This document shows, one piece after another, positions 35,488 to 46,411 of a DNA stretch of 64,000 nt. Position 1 is the first letter of the stretch. Every line of letters begins with the position of its first letter. Made by a program: the position numbers and the translations under genes. The stretch is taken from positions 928,001 through 992,000 of the forward strand of contig CAWELD010000003.1 in NCBI GenBank assembly GCA_963809895.1, written 5' to 3'. This DNA comes from an uncultured Gemmatimonadales bacterium. GTDB lineage: Bacteria > Gemmatimonadota > Gemmatimonadetes > Longimicrobiales > Gaopeijiaceae. Under the pieces are notes generated by a model. The model was not told the origin of the DNA and did not search any database. It saw nothing but the letters and a program-made list of their open reading frames with translations.

Positions 35488-37521
35488 ATGAACGGCGTGA
35501 ATGGGTACGGGAGGCGCCTGGCAATGGCGCTGACGGTGGTGGTGGCGAGCCAGGCGGGGTGCAGCGACGGAGTGGCACCGGCGAGCCCGGAGGGCGAGGT
35601 ATCCCTCAGCATCGAGAACGAGGTGATCCGCCTGCTCCCGGGAGAACGGGCGACCCTGGACGTTCGAGGAGACGGTGGGCACCCGGCGACGTTCGGGGTT
35701 CGTGACCCGTCGGTGGCCACGGTGAGCGCGGAAGGCGTCCTGCGAGCCTCCGACCCAGGCATGACCTGGGCGTGGGCCCGCGTGGACTCGGACCAGGACT
35801 CGGTCCGGGTGGTGGTCTCCTTCCCGTCGACCGCCTCAGGGGGCATCGCACTCGCTCTCGGAGCTGATGACGACCCACTGCGCCTCACCGGCGTGTCGCG
35901 ACTCTACCGCACGCTCACCGGCGACGACGCCTACACGGATGTGAGTGCGACCGCTGGCAGCGAACGTGCGCCGGAACTCGAGTTGGAGGACTTCTTCAGC
36001 GGTCGGGATACGTTGGTCGTTCTCCGGGTATCCGGTACGCTGGACGAGGGACTCCGGACGGTCGAACCATGGCAGGTATCCGCGACTGAACAGGGCTACC
36101 TCGACCTCCAGGGGATGGAAGGGGCGATGGTGTGGATTCGGGATCCGGATCAGCCCGACCGGGCAGACCTCTACGTGCCGGTCGGCGATATCCAGCTCGA
36201 GATCGACCGCTCGCGGATTCCGGACGAGATCGGACCTGCCACCGGCGCGCTCACGGGTCGCATGAGCTTCGAGGCCGCGGGCCTCGTCGTAGCAGTCGAC
36301 GAGCAGGGTACGCGGATCGTGGGGCAGGTCGATACGGAGACGACCAGAGTCTTCGCCGAGTTCGATCTGGCGCAGCGGATCCATCCTCTGGGCAGTGTGC
36401 GAGCATCGATCGACGGAGGGCCGCTCCCGGTGGAGGCCGCGACGCTGTCCACGCCGGAGGTCGGGCTGTGGAACGGCGGGCTGCTGATGAATATCGGAGG
36501 TCGAGGCCCGGAGGGTGCCCGGTACTTCACCCAGGTGTGGTCCGGTGCGGCCGGTGAGGGCACCCGGGCAGTCGACCCACTCGACCTGGAAGAGCTCATG
36601 AACGGGAGCGCGTTGGTCGGCTCCCGGGTCTTCGCCTGGACGGAGTCGGGAACCCAGTCCGAACTGCTGGCCGGCGAGACCCTCTCGAACCTGGCTCTGT
36701 CGACGGGAGGCAGCCTCCACGTGACCCACTACGAAGCTCCCGACGCCGACACCTGGGGCCTTCTCGCAGCGGAGATCACCATCGATGAGAAGTTGGTTCT
36801 GGGCGGAGCACCCGACGCGACGCAGAGCGTGACCCTGGACATACTCGCGCCAATCGCACCCCTGTCCGAGACGGTCTACCCGCATCAGCCGACGGCGGTG
36901 GTGAATGGCGATGGCGTGCCGCTGGGCGCGGGCGTGGTCCGCGTGGGGAACGGCCCCCTCCAGCTGCCCGGACGCGCCGTGGAAACCTCGATCACGCCCG
37001 TCGAGGGTGTGGCGGTCACCCTCAGATGGTCCGGTGGATCCGCCACGGCCCGGACCAATGCCCAGGGAGAGTTTCTCTTCACGGGAGTGCAGCCCGGCGA
37101 CTACTACCTCGATGTCGAGCCTCCCCAGGGATACGACTTCGCGTGGCGCCAGAAGGCCACCATGGGACCGTTGAACCTGAGCGCAGATCTTCCCACGTGG
37201 ATTCCCCTGTACCTCTCGGACGCCGCAGGACACGGTGGGCTGGGGTTCCAGTCCGGGATAGCCTCACTCGGTAGCTCGGTCGACGGCCTGGTAGGGCAGG
37301 TACGCCGCGAAGGCACGGCCACGGTGGTGGCAACCCTCACCGGCGGCGACTTCCTACCACAATCCGGTATTGCGCGCACCAAGCTGGAGCCAGGGCGCTA
37401 CGAGGTCGATCTCGCTCCGCCGGCCGGGTACCGCTTGGCAGACGGGCAGTCAGCGACGGTCAGCGTGGAGGTGCACAAGGGCAGGGAGTTCTTCTTCTTC
37501 GTGGGACTGGAGGGCTCGTAG
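35488..37521 (+). CDS. Large lipoprotein with Ig-like and carboxypeptidase-regulatory-like beta-sandwich domains
   Basis: GAGG RBS; lipobox-like QAGC; DPSVATVSAEGVLRA; ARTNAQGEFLFTGVQPGDYYLDVEPPQGY; LEPGRYEVDLAPPAGY. Confidence 0.8.
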   Translation: MNGVNGYGRRLAMALTVVVASQAGCSDGVAPASPEGEVSLSIENEVIRLLPGERATLDVRGDGGHPATFGVRDPSVATVSAEGVLRASDPGMTWAWARVDSDQDSVRVVVSFPSTASGGIALALGADDDPLRLTGVSRLYRTLTGDDAYTDVSATAGSERAPELELEDFFSGRDTLVVLRVSGTLDEGLRTVEPWQVSATEQGYLDLQGMEGAMVWIRDPDQPDRADLYVPVGDIQLEIDRSRIPDEIGPATGALTGRMSFEAAGLVVAVDEQGTRIVGQVDTETTRVFAEFDLAQRIHPLGSVRASIDGGPLPVEAATLSTPEVGLWNGGLLMNIGGRGPEGARYFTQVWSGAAGEGTRAVDPLDLEELMNGSALVGSRVFAWTESGTQSELLAGETLSNLALSTGGSLHVTHYEAPDADTWGLLAAEITIDEKLVLGGAPDATQSVTLDILAPIAPLSETVYPHQPTAVVNGDGVPLGAGVVRVGNGPLQLPGRAVETSITPVEGVAVTLRWSGGSATARTNAQGEFLFTGVQPGDYYLDVEPPQGYDFAWRQKATMGPLNLSADLPTWIPLYLSDAAGHGGLGFQSGIASLGSSVDGLVGQVRREGTATVVATLTGGDFLPQSGIARTKLEPGRYEVDLAPPAGYRLADGQSATVSVEVHKGREFFFFVGLEGS

Positions 37522-37707
37522 GATCCAGCGCTTCGGCGCACATCGGCGACCTGCGTCGGTGACATCGATGGCTCGCGCACGAAGAAGGGGTCCGAGGCGG
37601 TCGCCACGGGGGCGGCCGCCTCGTGCATGTGGGCATGCCGCAGTATGATTCCGCGCCCGACCTCTGTCAGCCGCCATCCGCCCACCTATCGCCTGAACCA
37701 CTCAATC

Positions 37708-39039
37708 ATGCTCCGATCATCGACGCTGATCATCCTCGCCGGCCTTGCGGTTGCCTGGGTGCTGCCGCGGCCCGCCGCCGCCCAGCAGCTCAACGACGAC
37801 GAAGCTCGGCTCTCCGCCTGGGCCGAGGCCCACGCCGATGAAGCCACGTCGCTTCTCCAGCAACTCGTGGACATCAACTCGGGGACCATGAACCACGCGG
37901 GCGTGCACCGGGTGGGAGACGTGCTCCGATCCGAGCTGGACGCCCTGGGCTTCGCCAGCGAGTGGATCGACCTGCCGGCGGAGACCAACCGCGCCGGTCA
38001 CCTGTTCGCGCGCATGGACGGCGACCGGGGCAGGAAGCTCCTCCTCATCGGGCATCTGGACACGGTCTTCGAGGAGGACGATCCCTTCCAGACCTTCCAG
38101 CGCCTGGAAGGCACCTGGGCCAGCGGCCCGGGCATCGACGACATGAAGGCCGGCGACGTGGTCATCGTCTACGCGCTCAAGGCGCTGGCCGATGCGGGGC
38201 TGCTGGAGGGCGCGGGCATCACCGTGGCCTTCAGCGGCGACGAGGAGAGCCCGGGCGAGCCGGTGAGCGTCTCACGGCGCGACATGATCGAGGCCGGCAA
38301 GTGGGCCGACGTGGCGCTGGGCTTCGAGTCCGGCGTGCGCACGGACTCGGCCGAGTGGGCCACCATCGCGCGGCGGAGCGCCAGCGAATGGAAGCTGGAG
38401 GTCACCGGCCGGCAGGCGCATTCCTCGGGGATCTTCAACCCGGGCACGGGTGCCGGAGCCATCTTCGAGGCGGCCCGCATCCTGAACGGGTTCTACGAGG
38501 AGGTGCGGGGCGAGGAGTACCTGACCTTCAACGCCGGCGCGATCCTGGGCGGTACCGACGTCTCCTACGACTTCGAGGAGACCCGGGGGACGGTGTTCGG
38601 CAAGACCAACGTGGTGCCACGCAAGGCGGTGGTGCACGGGGGACTCCGCACTATCTCCAACGACCAGACCGAGCGGGCGAGGAACGCCATGCGCGAGGTC
38701 GTGGCGCGACATCTGCCCCGAACCTCGGCAGAGATCACCTTCAGTGAAGGCTATCCCGCTATGCCGCCCACCGACGGCAACCGCAGCCTCCAGGAAATGC
38801 TGTCGGACATCAACGTGGACCTGGGCCGGGAGCCCATGCCGGCGCTGGATCCCGCGCGCCGCGGGGCGGCCGATATTTCCTTCGTGGCGCCCTACACCGA
38901 CGGCCTCGCAGGTCTGGGCGCCTACGGCTCCGGCGGACACACTCCAGACGAACGCCTGGATCTGAGCTCGCTGCCCCTGGCCATCAAGCGCGCAGCGATA
39001 CTCATCTACCGGCTGACCCGCGAGGGCGCGGTGAGCTGA
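37708..39039 (+). CDS. Secreted M20/M25/M40 metallopeptidase (glutamate carboxypeptidase-like)
   Basis: LVDINSGT, LLIGHLDTVF, GPGIDDMKAG, GDEE, GRQAHSS, GGHTPDE. Confidence 0.93.
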   Translation: MLRSSTLIILAGLAVAWVLPRPAAAQQLNDDEARLSAWAEAHADEATSLLQQLVDINSGTMNHAGVHRVGDVLRSELDALGFASEWIDLPAETNRAGHLFARMDGDRGRKLLLIGHLDTVFEEDDPFQTFQRLEGTWASGPGIDDMKAGDVVIVYALKALADAGLLEGAGITVAFSGDEESPGEPVSVSRRDMIEAGKWADVALGFESGVRTDSAEWATIARRSASEWKLEVTGRQAHSSGIFNPGTGAGAIFEAARILNGFYEEVRGEEYLTFNAGAILGGTDVSYDFEETRGTVFGKTNVVPRKAVVHGGLRTISNDQTERARNAMREVVARHLPRTSAEITFSEGYPAMPPTDGNRSLQEMLSDINVDLGREPMPALDPARRGAADISFVAPYTDGLAGLGAYGSGGHTPDERLDLSSLPLAIKRAAILIYRLTREGAVS

Positions 39040-39049
39040 GGGGAGGCCC

Positions 39050-40831
39050 CTACACGTCCTCACGCAACAGCACCGCCGGGTCGCTGCCCGCGGCGCGCCG
39101 GGCGGGTCCCGCCGCTCCCGCCAACGATGCCGCCAGGAGCAGCCCTCCGAGGGTCACGGCCCACGAGCTCCGCAGGGGCACGCCGCTGCCGGCGGCAGAG
39201 GTGAAGCTCCAGGCCAGAACCCATCCCATGAGCGAGCCCGCCACGGCCGTTCCCGCGGTGCGCCGCATGAGTCGAATGGCCAGCTTCACGGGCCGCGCAC
39301 CCACGGCCGAGCGGACGGCCGCTTCGCGCCAGCGTCCGCGCACCTCCGCGGCCGAAGCCTCGCCGGCGCCCACCAGCGCCAGCACCAACCCGAGCAGGCC
39401 CGCGAACAGCAGGACGCGGCCGGTCCAGCGGAGCGGCGCCCGCACCTGCGAGCGCACCTGACGCACGGTGGCCGCGCGATCCGGTGCGGTGGCCACGGCC
39501 AACTCCGACGGCACCTCCGGCACCTCCGCTGTGCCCTCTACCGGCGGCACGGCCCACACGACCTCGCTGGCCTCGTGCTGCGCCAGGGGCAGATACAGCA
39601 CGGGAGCTCCGGGATCGGCACCGCCGGGGGCCTGGAAGGGCAGGGGGTCCACGACGCCCACCACCGTCACCCAGCGATCGCCGCCCCCGCCCAGCAGGAT
39701 CTTGTGGCCCAGGGGCTCGCCGTTCTCGAAGTGCGCCCGCGCGAACGGAGTGCTCACCAGCGCCACCGGAGGAGCTTCGGCATCGTCGCCGGCCCCGAAC
39801 CCGCGGCCCTCGACCACGGTGAGGCCGGCGCGCTGGATGAACCCCGGTGACACGGCGTGGATCGTGGCGCGCACGCCGTAGATGGGCAGCGGGAGTCCCC
39901 CGTTGGAGCAGTTGCCGCATTGGACCGTGACCAGGTCCTGAACCCCCTGGCCGGTCCACGCCCCGGGGGTGGACAAGCTCTCCGCCGCGGTGCTCCCCAG
40001 GGCGCGTTGGACGCTGCCCCAGTCCACTCCGGCCACCAGCGGACGCAGGGGCACCAGCAGGGTGTCGCCATCCACACCGGCCTCGCCGGACGTCGGACCC
40101 ACCCGGTCCGCGCCCAGCGTCGCCCCGGTGAGGACCAGCGAGAAGGCGGCGGCCATCTGAAGCGTGGCCGCGGCTCGGCGCACGGTGCCTGCCCGGGGAT
40201 CGTCGGTGCTGCCGCGTCCGGTGCGGAGCAGCGCGGGCCCTCGCCCCTCGATACCGAAGGCCGGGGACGCCAGGGCCAGCGCCACCGGCACCACGAGCGC
40301 CAGTGCGAGCAGCGGCAGGAGCACCGAGGGGCGGGCGCCGTGGCCGTCGACGGGCCAGGACGCCCATAGCACCGCGGCCGCCAGCACGCCGAGACCCGCC
40401 CCGACCAGGAGCGACCGCACCATGCCGCCGCGCCCACGGCTCAGGAGCCAGCGGGCCAGTCCGCGGGGCGAGGCGCCGGTCGCCCAGCGCACCGCCAGTC
40501 CAGGCCGAACGGCTTCGCGCTCCCCGAGCAGCCGAAGCAGCGCCGTGAACAGCGCCAGGATCCCCAGGGCGGACAGCGCCGCGGCGGCCACGCGGACGCG
40601 GTCGCTCAACGCCGCCGCCGCCAGCTCGTTTACCGTGGTCACGGTGGATCCCCACGCCTCTCCCCACGCCGGAGGCGCCTGAGAGGGAAGGGGCAGCACG
40701 GAGGCGATACGTCCGAGCCCGGGAGCCACCAGGATCCCCACCGCCAGCGTCCCCCCGACGGCCACCGCCAACGCCCAGCGGGTCATGCGGGGGAGGGTCC
40801 CCGCTACCCGTCTCCTCGCTTTCCCGGACAT
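39050..40831 (-). CDS. Divergent MacB/FtsX-type ABC permease
   Basis: GGAGGAGG RBS; VSPGFI..VEGRGF, VTVVGVV, REAAVRSAVGARP, PARRAAGSDPAVLLRE. Confidence 0.8.
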   Translation of the reverse strand: MSGKARRRVAGTLPRMTRWALAVAVGGTLAVGILVAPGLGRIASVLPLPSQAPPAWGEAWGSTVTTVNELAAAALSDRVRVAAAALSALGILALFTALLRLLGEREAVRPGLAVRWATGASPRGLARWLLSRGRGGMVRSLLVGAGLGVLAAAVLWASWPVDGHGARPSVLLPLLALALVVPVALALASPAFGIEGRGPALLRTGRGSTDDPRAGTVRRAAATLQMAAAFSLVLTGATLGADRVGPTSGEAGVDGDTLLVPLRPLVAGVDWGSVQRALGSTAAESLSTPGAWTGQGVQDLVTVQCGNCSNGGLPLPIYGVRATIHAVSPGFIQRAGLTVVEGRGFGAGDDAEAPPVALVSTPFARAHFENGEPLGHKILLGGGGDRWVTVVGVVDPLPFQAPGGADPGAPVLYLPLAQHEASEVVWAVPPVEGTAEVPEVPSELAVATAPDRAATVRQVRSQVRAPLRWTGRVLLFAGLLGLVLALVGAGEASAAEVRGRWREAAVRSAVGARPVKLAIRLMRRTAGTAVAGSLMGWVLAWSFTSAAGSGVPLRSSWAVTLGGLLLAASLAGAAGPARRAAGSDPAVLLREDV

Positions 40832-40897
40832 CCCTCCTCCTCTACCTTGGCGCGTCGACACAGAATCCGATTTCGGGTCCCGCTTCCCGAGGTGAAG

Positions 40898-43800
40898 ATG
40901 CACGCCCAACCTCGTCGCCGCACGGGTCTTTCCGTGGGTCGCACGCTCCTTCTGGCCCTGTTCGCGGCCGTTCCGCTCTCAGCGCAGCAACCCGCCAGCA
41001 TCGGGGCCGCCAGCCTCGCACAGGGCAGCCTGGACGCCATCACCTACCGGCACGTGGGTCCGGTGGGGAACCGCGTGAGCGCCGTCACGGGCGTTCCCGG
41101 CGACGCCAACGTGTACTTCGTGGGCGCCGCGTCGGGCGGCATCTGGCGGAGTCGCGACGGCGGCCATTCCTGGGATCCGATCTTCGACGACGAGGGCGTG
41201 CAGTCCATCGGCGCGCTGGCCGTGGCACCGTCGAACCACGACATCGTCTGGGCCGGCACCGGCGAGCCCTTCATCCGCTCCAACGTCTCTCACGGCAAGG
41301 GTGTGTTCCGCTCGCTCGACGGCGGGGACACCTGGGAGTCCGTGGGGCTGGAGAATACCGGCCGCATCGCGCGCATCGTCATCCATCCCACGAATCCGGA
41401 CATCGTTTACGTGGCTGCGCTCGGCCATCTCTACGGTGACCAGGAGGAGCGGGGCGTCTTCCGCACCACCGACGGCGGCGAGACCTGGGAGCGCGTCCTG
41501 TTCGTGGATCCGGGCACCGGCGCCTCGGACATCCTCATGAAGGCCGACGACCCCGACGTCTTGTTCGCCGGCATGTGGACCATGGTGATCCGCACCTGGG
41601 GCCGCTGGAGCGGGGGACCCAACGACGGGCTCTACATGAGCCGCGACGGGGGAGACACCTGGACGCGCCTGCGTGGCAACGGCCTGCCCACCGGCATCAC
41701 CGGCAAGATCGGCCTCGCCGGCACCCCGGCCGCGCCGGACCGCATCTTCGCCCTCATCGAGACCAACGCCAACCGGGACTTCGCGCCGCTGGATCAGCAC
41801 GAGGGCGTGCTGTGGCGCTCCGACGACGGCGGCGCCACCTGGGACATGATCAACGCCGACCACACCCTGGTGCAGCGGCCGGCCTACTACACGCGGGCCG
41901 CGGTGTCGCCCGACGATCCCGACGAGGTCCATTTCGTGGCCACCGCCTATACGGTATCCCACGACGGGGGCCTGTCGGTGCGCCGGGGAGGCGCCGGGGG
42001 CGACAACCACGACATCTGGATCGATCCCGAGATCCCCGACCGCATGATCGTGGGCAACGACGGGGGGATCGCCATCAGCACCAACCGCGGCCAGGACTGG
42101 TTCCGGCCCCTCCTGCCCATCGCCCAGATGTATCACGTGACCGTGGACACCCGGGTGCCCTACTTCCTGTACGGCAACCGCCAGGACGGCGGCTCGGCCC
42201 GGGTCCCGTCCAACTCGCTGGGCGGTGGCTCCATCCCCATCGGCGAGTGGACGGGGGTGGGGGGCTGCGAGAGCGGCTGGGCCGTGCCCGACACCGTGTC
42301 CAACGACGTGGTGTGGTCCGGATGCTACGAGGGGATCCTGGACCGCCACGTGATCTCCACGGGCCACTCGCGCACGGTGAGCGTGTGGCCCGACAATCCG
42401 GAGGGATGGCCCGCCGGCGACCTGCGCTACCGCTTCCAGTGGACCTTTCCGATCCACGTCTCGCCCCACGATCCCAACACCGTCTACGTGGGGAGCCAGC
42501 ACGTGCACCGCACCACCGACGGCGGCCAGAGCTGGCAGGTCATCAGCCCCGACCTGTCCACGGGGCTGGACTCGCTGCAGCGCAAGACGGGTGGGCTCAC
42601 CCCCGACGATGCCAGCCCTACCTACGCGGCCGTGCTCTTCGCCATCGCCGAGTCCCCCCTGCGTGAGGGGCTCATCTGGGCCGGCACCAACGACGGCAAG
42701 CTCCACGTCACCCGCAACGGCGGCGACACCTGGACCGACGTGAGCGCCAACGTGCCTGGGCTGCCGCCGCTGTCCACCATCTCCAGCATCGAGCCCTCCC
42801 GCTATCAGGAGGGGAAGGCCTACATCGCCGTGGACGCCCACCAACTCGGCGACTTCCGTCCGCTGGCGTGGGTGACCGACGACTACGGGGCTACCTGGCG
42901 CTCGCTCACCGACGACCTGCCCACCGGCCCGCTGGCCTTCCTGCACGTGGTGCGGGAGGACCCGTCCCGTCCGGGACTCCTGTACGCCGGAAGCGAGCAC
43001 GCGCTCTACACGAGCCTGGACGACGGCCACACCTGGGCGCCGCTCCAATCCAATCTGCCGCCGGCACCGGTGGACTGGATCACGATCCAGCCCCACTTCA
43101 ACGACCTGGTGGTGGCCACCTACGGGCGAGGCTTCTGGATCGCCGACGACATCACGCCGCTGCAGCAGATGACGCCCGAGGTGCTGGCGAGCTCGTCGCA
43201 CCTCTTCGAGCCCCGGGCCGCGTATCGGTTCCTGTCCCGCGCCGGGGTCTACAGCCAGCCCGGTGATCCCACGGTGGGGCACAACCCGGACTACGGCGCG
43301 TCGCTGAGCTGGTGGCTGGCCGACGATGCCGACGAGGTGACGCTGGAGATCCTGGACGAGTCCGGCGAGGTCGTGGCGGAGGTGCCGCGCGCCGGGAGCC
43401 ATGCCGGCCTCAACCGCACGACCTGGAACCTCCGCTTCACGCCCACGTCGCGCTCGCCCACGATCCGCACGAAGCCGCTGGAGCACGCCCACGTGGAGCT
43501 GGGACCCGACGGCACGCGCCGTCCGCCCGACGGCGGGCGGGTGTCGATCCTGGCGCCGCCCGGGCACTACACCGTGCGCCTCACCGCCGACGGCGAGGTG
43601 CACGAAGCGCCGCTGGAGGTGCTCATGGATCCGTCGTCGGAGGGGTCCATGGTGGGGATCCGCGCCCAGACGGCCATGCTGGAGGAGCTCCGCGACGAGG
43701 TGAACGAGCTCACCGACGTCATCGACCGCATCGAGGTCCTGCGGGCGGGCATCGGGCGCTCGCAGGACGCGCTGGGCGCAGGCGGTGACGGGGGCGGCGA

Positions 43801-44152
43801 TCTGGCGTCGGGCCTGGCCACCCTGGAGTCCCGCCTCGAGACCGTGGAGATGGACCTCTACGACCTGAGGCTCAGCGGGGGCTCGGCCGGGCAGGACAAC
43901 CTGCGCTGGCCCCGCCAGCTCTACGCCAAGCTCACCAGCCTGGCGGGCTACATCTCCGGTACCGACTTCCAGCCCACGGACCAGGCGGTGGAGGTGCACC
44001 GCCTCTACCAGGGCCGCCTCGCCGCGGTGAAGGAGACGCTGCAGACCATCGAGAACGGGCCGGTGGCGGAGCTGAACCGCCAGCTCACCTCCCGCGGGAT
44101 GCCCACGCTGGGCGACGCGGCCCGGAGGCCGGCGGCGGACGACATGCCATGA
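40898..44152 (+). CDS. Secreted VPS10/sortilin-like BNR-repeat protein
   Basis: Many SxDGGxTW Asp-boxes, [38 protein letters not shown], helical C-terminus. Confidence 0.92.
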   Translation: MHAQPRRRTGLSVGRTLLLALFAAVPLSAQQPASIGAASLAQGSLDAITYRHVGPVGNRVSAVTGVPGDANVYFVGAASGGIWRSRDGGHSWDPIFDDEGVQSIGALAVAPSNHDIVWAGTGEPFIRSNVSHGKGVFRSLDGGDTWESVGLENTGRIARIVIHPTNPDIVYVAALGHLYGDQEERGVFRTTDGGETWERVLFVDPGTGASDILMKADDPDVLFAGMWTMVIRTWGRWSGGPNDGLYMSRDGGDTWTRLRGNGLPTGITGKIGLAGTPAAPDRIFALIETNANRDFAPLDQHEGVLWRSDDGGATWDMINADHTLVQRPAYYTRAAVSPDDPDEVHFVATAYTVSHDGGLSVRRGGAGGDNHDIWIDPEIPDRMIVGNDGGIAISTNRGQDWFRPLLPIAQMYHVTVDTRVPYFLYGNRQDGGSARVPSNSLGGGSIPIGEWTGVGGCESGWAVPDTVSNDVVWSGCYEGILDRHVISTGHSRTVSVWPDNPEGWPAGDLRYRFQWTFPIHVSPHDPNTVYVGSQHVHRTTDGGQSWQVISPDLSTGLDSLQRKTGGLTPDDASPTYAAVLFAIAESPLREGLIWAGTNDGKLHVTRNGGDTWTDVSANVPGLPPLSTISSIEPSRYQEGKAYIAVDAHQLGDFRPLAWVTDDYGATWRSLTDDLPTGPLAFLHVVREDPSRPGLLYAGSEHALYTSLDDGHTWAPLQSNLPPAPVDWITIQPHFNDLVVATYGRGFWIADDITPLQQMTPEVLASSSHLFEPRAAYRFLSRAGVYSQPGDPTVGHNPDYGASLSWWLADDADEVTLEILDESGEVVAEVPRAGSHAGLNRTTWNLRFTPTSRSPTIRTKPLEHAHVELGPDGTRRPPDGGRVSILAPPGHYTVRLTADGEVHEAPLEVLMDPSSEGSMVGIRAQTAMLEELRDEVNELTDVIDRIEVLRAGIGRSQDALGAGGDGGGDLASGLATLESRLETVEMDLYDLRLSGGSAGQDNLRWPRQLYAKLTSLAGYISGTDFQPTDQAVEVHRLYQGRLAAVKETLQTIENGPVAELNRQLTSRGMPTLGDAARRPAADDMP

Positions 44153-45378
44153 AGGGCGATGGGATCCCGGACCTGCACGTAGCGTCCGAGGTCGGGCGCC
44201 TGCGCCGGGTGGTCCTGCACCGGCCGGACCTGAGCCTGCAGCGGCTGACGCCGTCCAACCGCGAGCGCTTCCTCTTCGATGAGGTGCTGTGGGTGCGCAA
44301 AGCGCGCGAGGACCACGACGTCTTCGCCGACGTGCTCCGCGAGCGGGACGTTGAAGTGCTCTACCTGCAGGACCTGCTGGCGGAGACGCTGGACCAGCCC
44401 GAGGCCCGGACATGGATTCTCGACGAGCGCATCACGGAGGCCCAGCACGGGGTGTTCGCCCACGAGCTCCGCCACGCGCTGCACGGCATGACCTCGGACG
44501 ATCTGGCCCGGCACCTGGTGGGTGGGCTCACCGTGGCCGAGCTCCCCTTCAAGCCCCGGGGCCTGGTGGCCGCCGTCGCCGAAGAGACCGACTTCGTGCT
44601 GCCGCCGCTCCCCAACCACCTGTTCACCCGCGACCCGTCGGCCTGGGTCTACGGGGGCGTGGTGATCTCGTCCATGGCCATGCCCGCCCGCTGGCGCGAA
44701 ACCGTGCACCTCAGGGCCATCTACCGCCATCATCCCCTCTTCACCGGCTCCGACTTCCACGTCTGGTACGACGGCGCCGAGCACGACCCGTTGCCGGCGA
44801 GCCTGGAGGGTGGCGACATCCTGGTGATCGGCAACGGCGCGGTGCTGGTGGGACTGAGCCAGCGCACCACACCCTACGCCGTGGAGCTGTTGGCGCGGGA
44901 TCTCTTCCGCCACAACGCCGCGGTGCGGGTGATCGCGGTGAGCCTGCCCCGGCTCCGGGCCTTCATGCATCTGGACACGGTCATGACCATGATCGACCGG
45001 GACGCCTTCTGCATCTTCCCGGGCGTCGCCGATGGCATGCGGGCTTGGAGCCTGAGGCCCTCCGGCGAAGACAGCCTGCAGGTGGATCCCGAGCCCGACC
45101 TCTTCCAGGCGCTGGCCGATGCGCTGAACCTGGGCCGGGTGCGCGTGGTGACCACGGGCGGCGACGAGTACCAGTCGGAGCGCGAGCAGTGGGACGACGG
45201 CAACAACGTGCTGGCGGTGGCGCCGGGCGTGGTGGTGGGCTACGACCGCAACGTGGACACCAACACCAAGCTGCGGAAGGCGGGCATCGAGGTGATCACG
45301 GTGCCGGGAAGCGAGCTGGGACGGGGCAGGGGAGGGGCGCGCTGCATGAGCTGTCCGCTGGCCCGGGATCCGGTATGA
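44149..45378 (+). CDS. arcA: Arginine deiminase
   Basis: [59 protein letters not shown]. Confidence 0.97.
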   Translation: MKGDGIPDLHVASEVGRLRRVVLHRPDLSLQRLTPSNRERFLFDEVLWVRKAREDHDVFADVLRERDVEVLYLQDLLAETLDQPEARTWILDERITEAQHGVFAHELRHALHGMTSDDLARHLVGGLTVAELPFKPRGLVAAVAEETDFVLPPLPNHLFTRDPSAWVYGGVVISSMAMPARWRETVHLRAIYRHHPLFTGSDFHVWYDGAEHDPLPASLEGGDILVIGNGAVLVGLSQRTTPYAVELLARDLFRHNAAVRVIAVSLPRLRAFMHLDTVMTMIDRDAFCIFPGVADGMRAWSLRPSGEDSLQVDPEPDLFQALADALNLGRVRVVTTGGDEYQSEREQWDDGNNVLAVAPGVVVGYDRNVDTNTKLRKAGIEVITVPGSELGRGRGGARCMSCPLARDPV

Positions 45379-45427
45379 CGCCGCCCCCACATCCCGCCGG
45401 CCTCCGTTCGCTCGCACGAGGCCGGCC

Positions 45428-46342
45428 GTGAGCCTGGTGGTGGCCGCTCTGGGCGGGAACGCGCTGCTGCGACGGGACGAGCCCCTCACCGACGAGGCGC
45501 AGGAGCGGAACGCCGCGGCGGCCTCACGGGCGCTGGCCGACGTGGCCCGGGAGCACAGCCTGGTGGTGACCCACGGCAACGGTCCACAGGTGGGGCTGCT
45601 GGCGCTCCAGGCCGAGGCGCTGGACCTGTTGCATCCCGTCCCTCTCGACGTGCTGGGCGCCCAGTCGGAGGGGATGATCGGCTACCTCCTGGAGCGGGGG
45701 CTGCGCCGGGAGTTGCCGAACGTGCCGGTGGCGGCGCTCCTCACCCAGGTCACGGTGGATCCCCACGATCCGGCCTTCCACGCCCCCACCAAGCCCATCG
45801 GTCCCGTGCTGGAGGAGGCGGAAGCCCGACGCCTGGCCGGGGAGCGCGGATGGAGCATCGCCCGCGACGGGCCCGGCTGGCGTCGGGTGGTGCCCTCGCC
45901 CGCGCCGGAAGGGATCGTGGAGCTGGAGGTGCTGCGCATTCTGGTGGATCACGGCGTGATCCCCGTGTGCGCGGGAGGCGGCGGAGTGCCGGTGGTGCCG
46001 GGACCCGACGGCGGGCTCCACGGGGTGGAGGCGGTGGTGGACAAGGACCTGACCGCCGCCCTGCTGGCCCGGGAGCTCCAGGCCGACCTCCTGGTCCTCC
46101 TCACCGATGTCGAGGGCATCCTGACCGACTTCGGCACCGAGCGCGCGCGGGTGCTGCCGCGCCTCACCCCCGACGAGCTCCGGGCCCTCGCCCTGCCGGC
46201 CGGCTCCATGGCCCCCAAGGCCGAGGCGTGCGCGCGCTTCGTCGAGGAGAGCGGACGGGAGGCCGCCATCGGCTCTCTGACCGATGCCCGTGCCGTGGTG
46301 GAGGGCCGCGCGGGAACCCGCATCGTGCCCGCGACCGACTGA
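45428..46342 (+). CDS. arcC: Carbamate kinase
   Basis: ALGGNALL, THGNGPQVG, PTKPIGP, WRRVVPSP, EAVVDKD, GSMAPK. Confidence 0.96.
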   Translation: MSLVVAALGGNALLRRDEPLTDEAQERNAAAASRALADVAREHSLVVTHGNGPQVGLLALQAEALDLLHPVPLDVLGAQSEGMIGYLLERGLRRELPNVPVAALLTQVTVDPHDPAFHAPTKPIGPVLEEAEARRLAGERGWSIARDGPGWRRVVPSPAPEGIVELEVLRILVDHGVIPVCAGGGGVPVVPGPDGGLHGVEAVVDKDLTAALLARELQADLLVLLTDVEGILTDFGTERARVLPRLTPDELRALALPAGSMAPKAEACARFVEESGREAAIGSLTDARAVVEGRAGTRIVPATD

Positions 46343-46411
46343 GCGGCCGCCCGGCGACCGCCGGGCCGCGCCCCGTACACGGAACGGCGCGTCTGCTTTA
46401 CCTTCCTGGCC

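Noticed and set aside
40979..44413. Long antisense and alternative-frame ORFs (e.g. 1144 aa here, 1414..3321, 18708..20777, 62101..63930)
   Set aside because: Shadow ORFs of well-supported genes, expected in high-GC DNA; no recognisable motifs.
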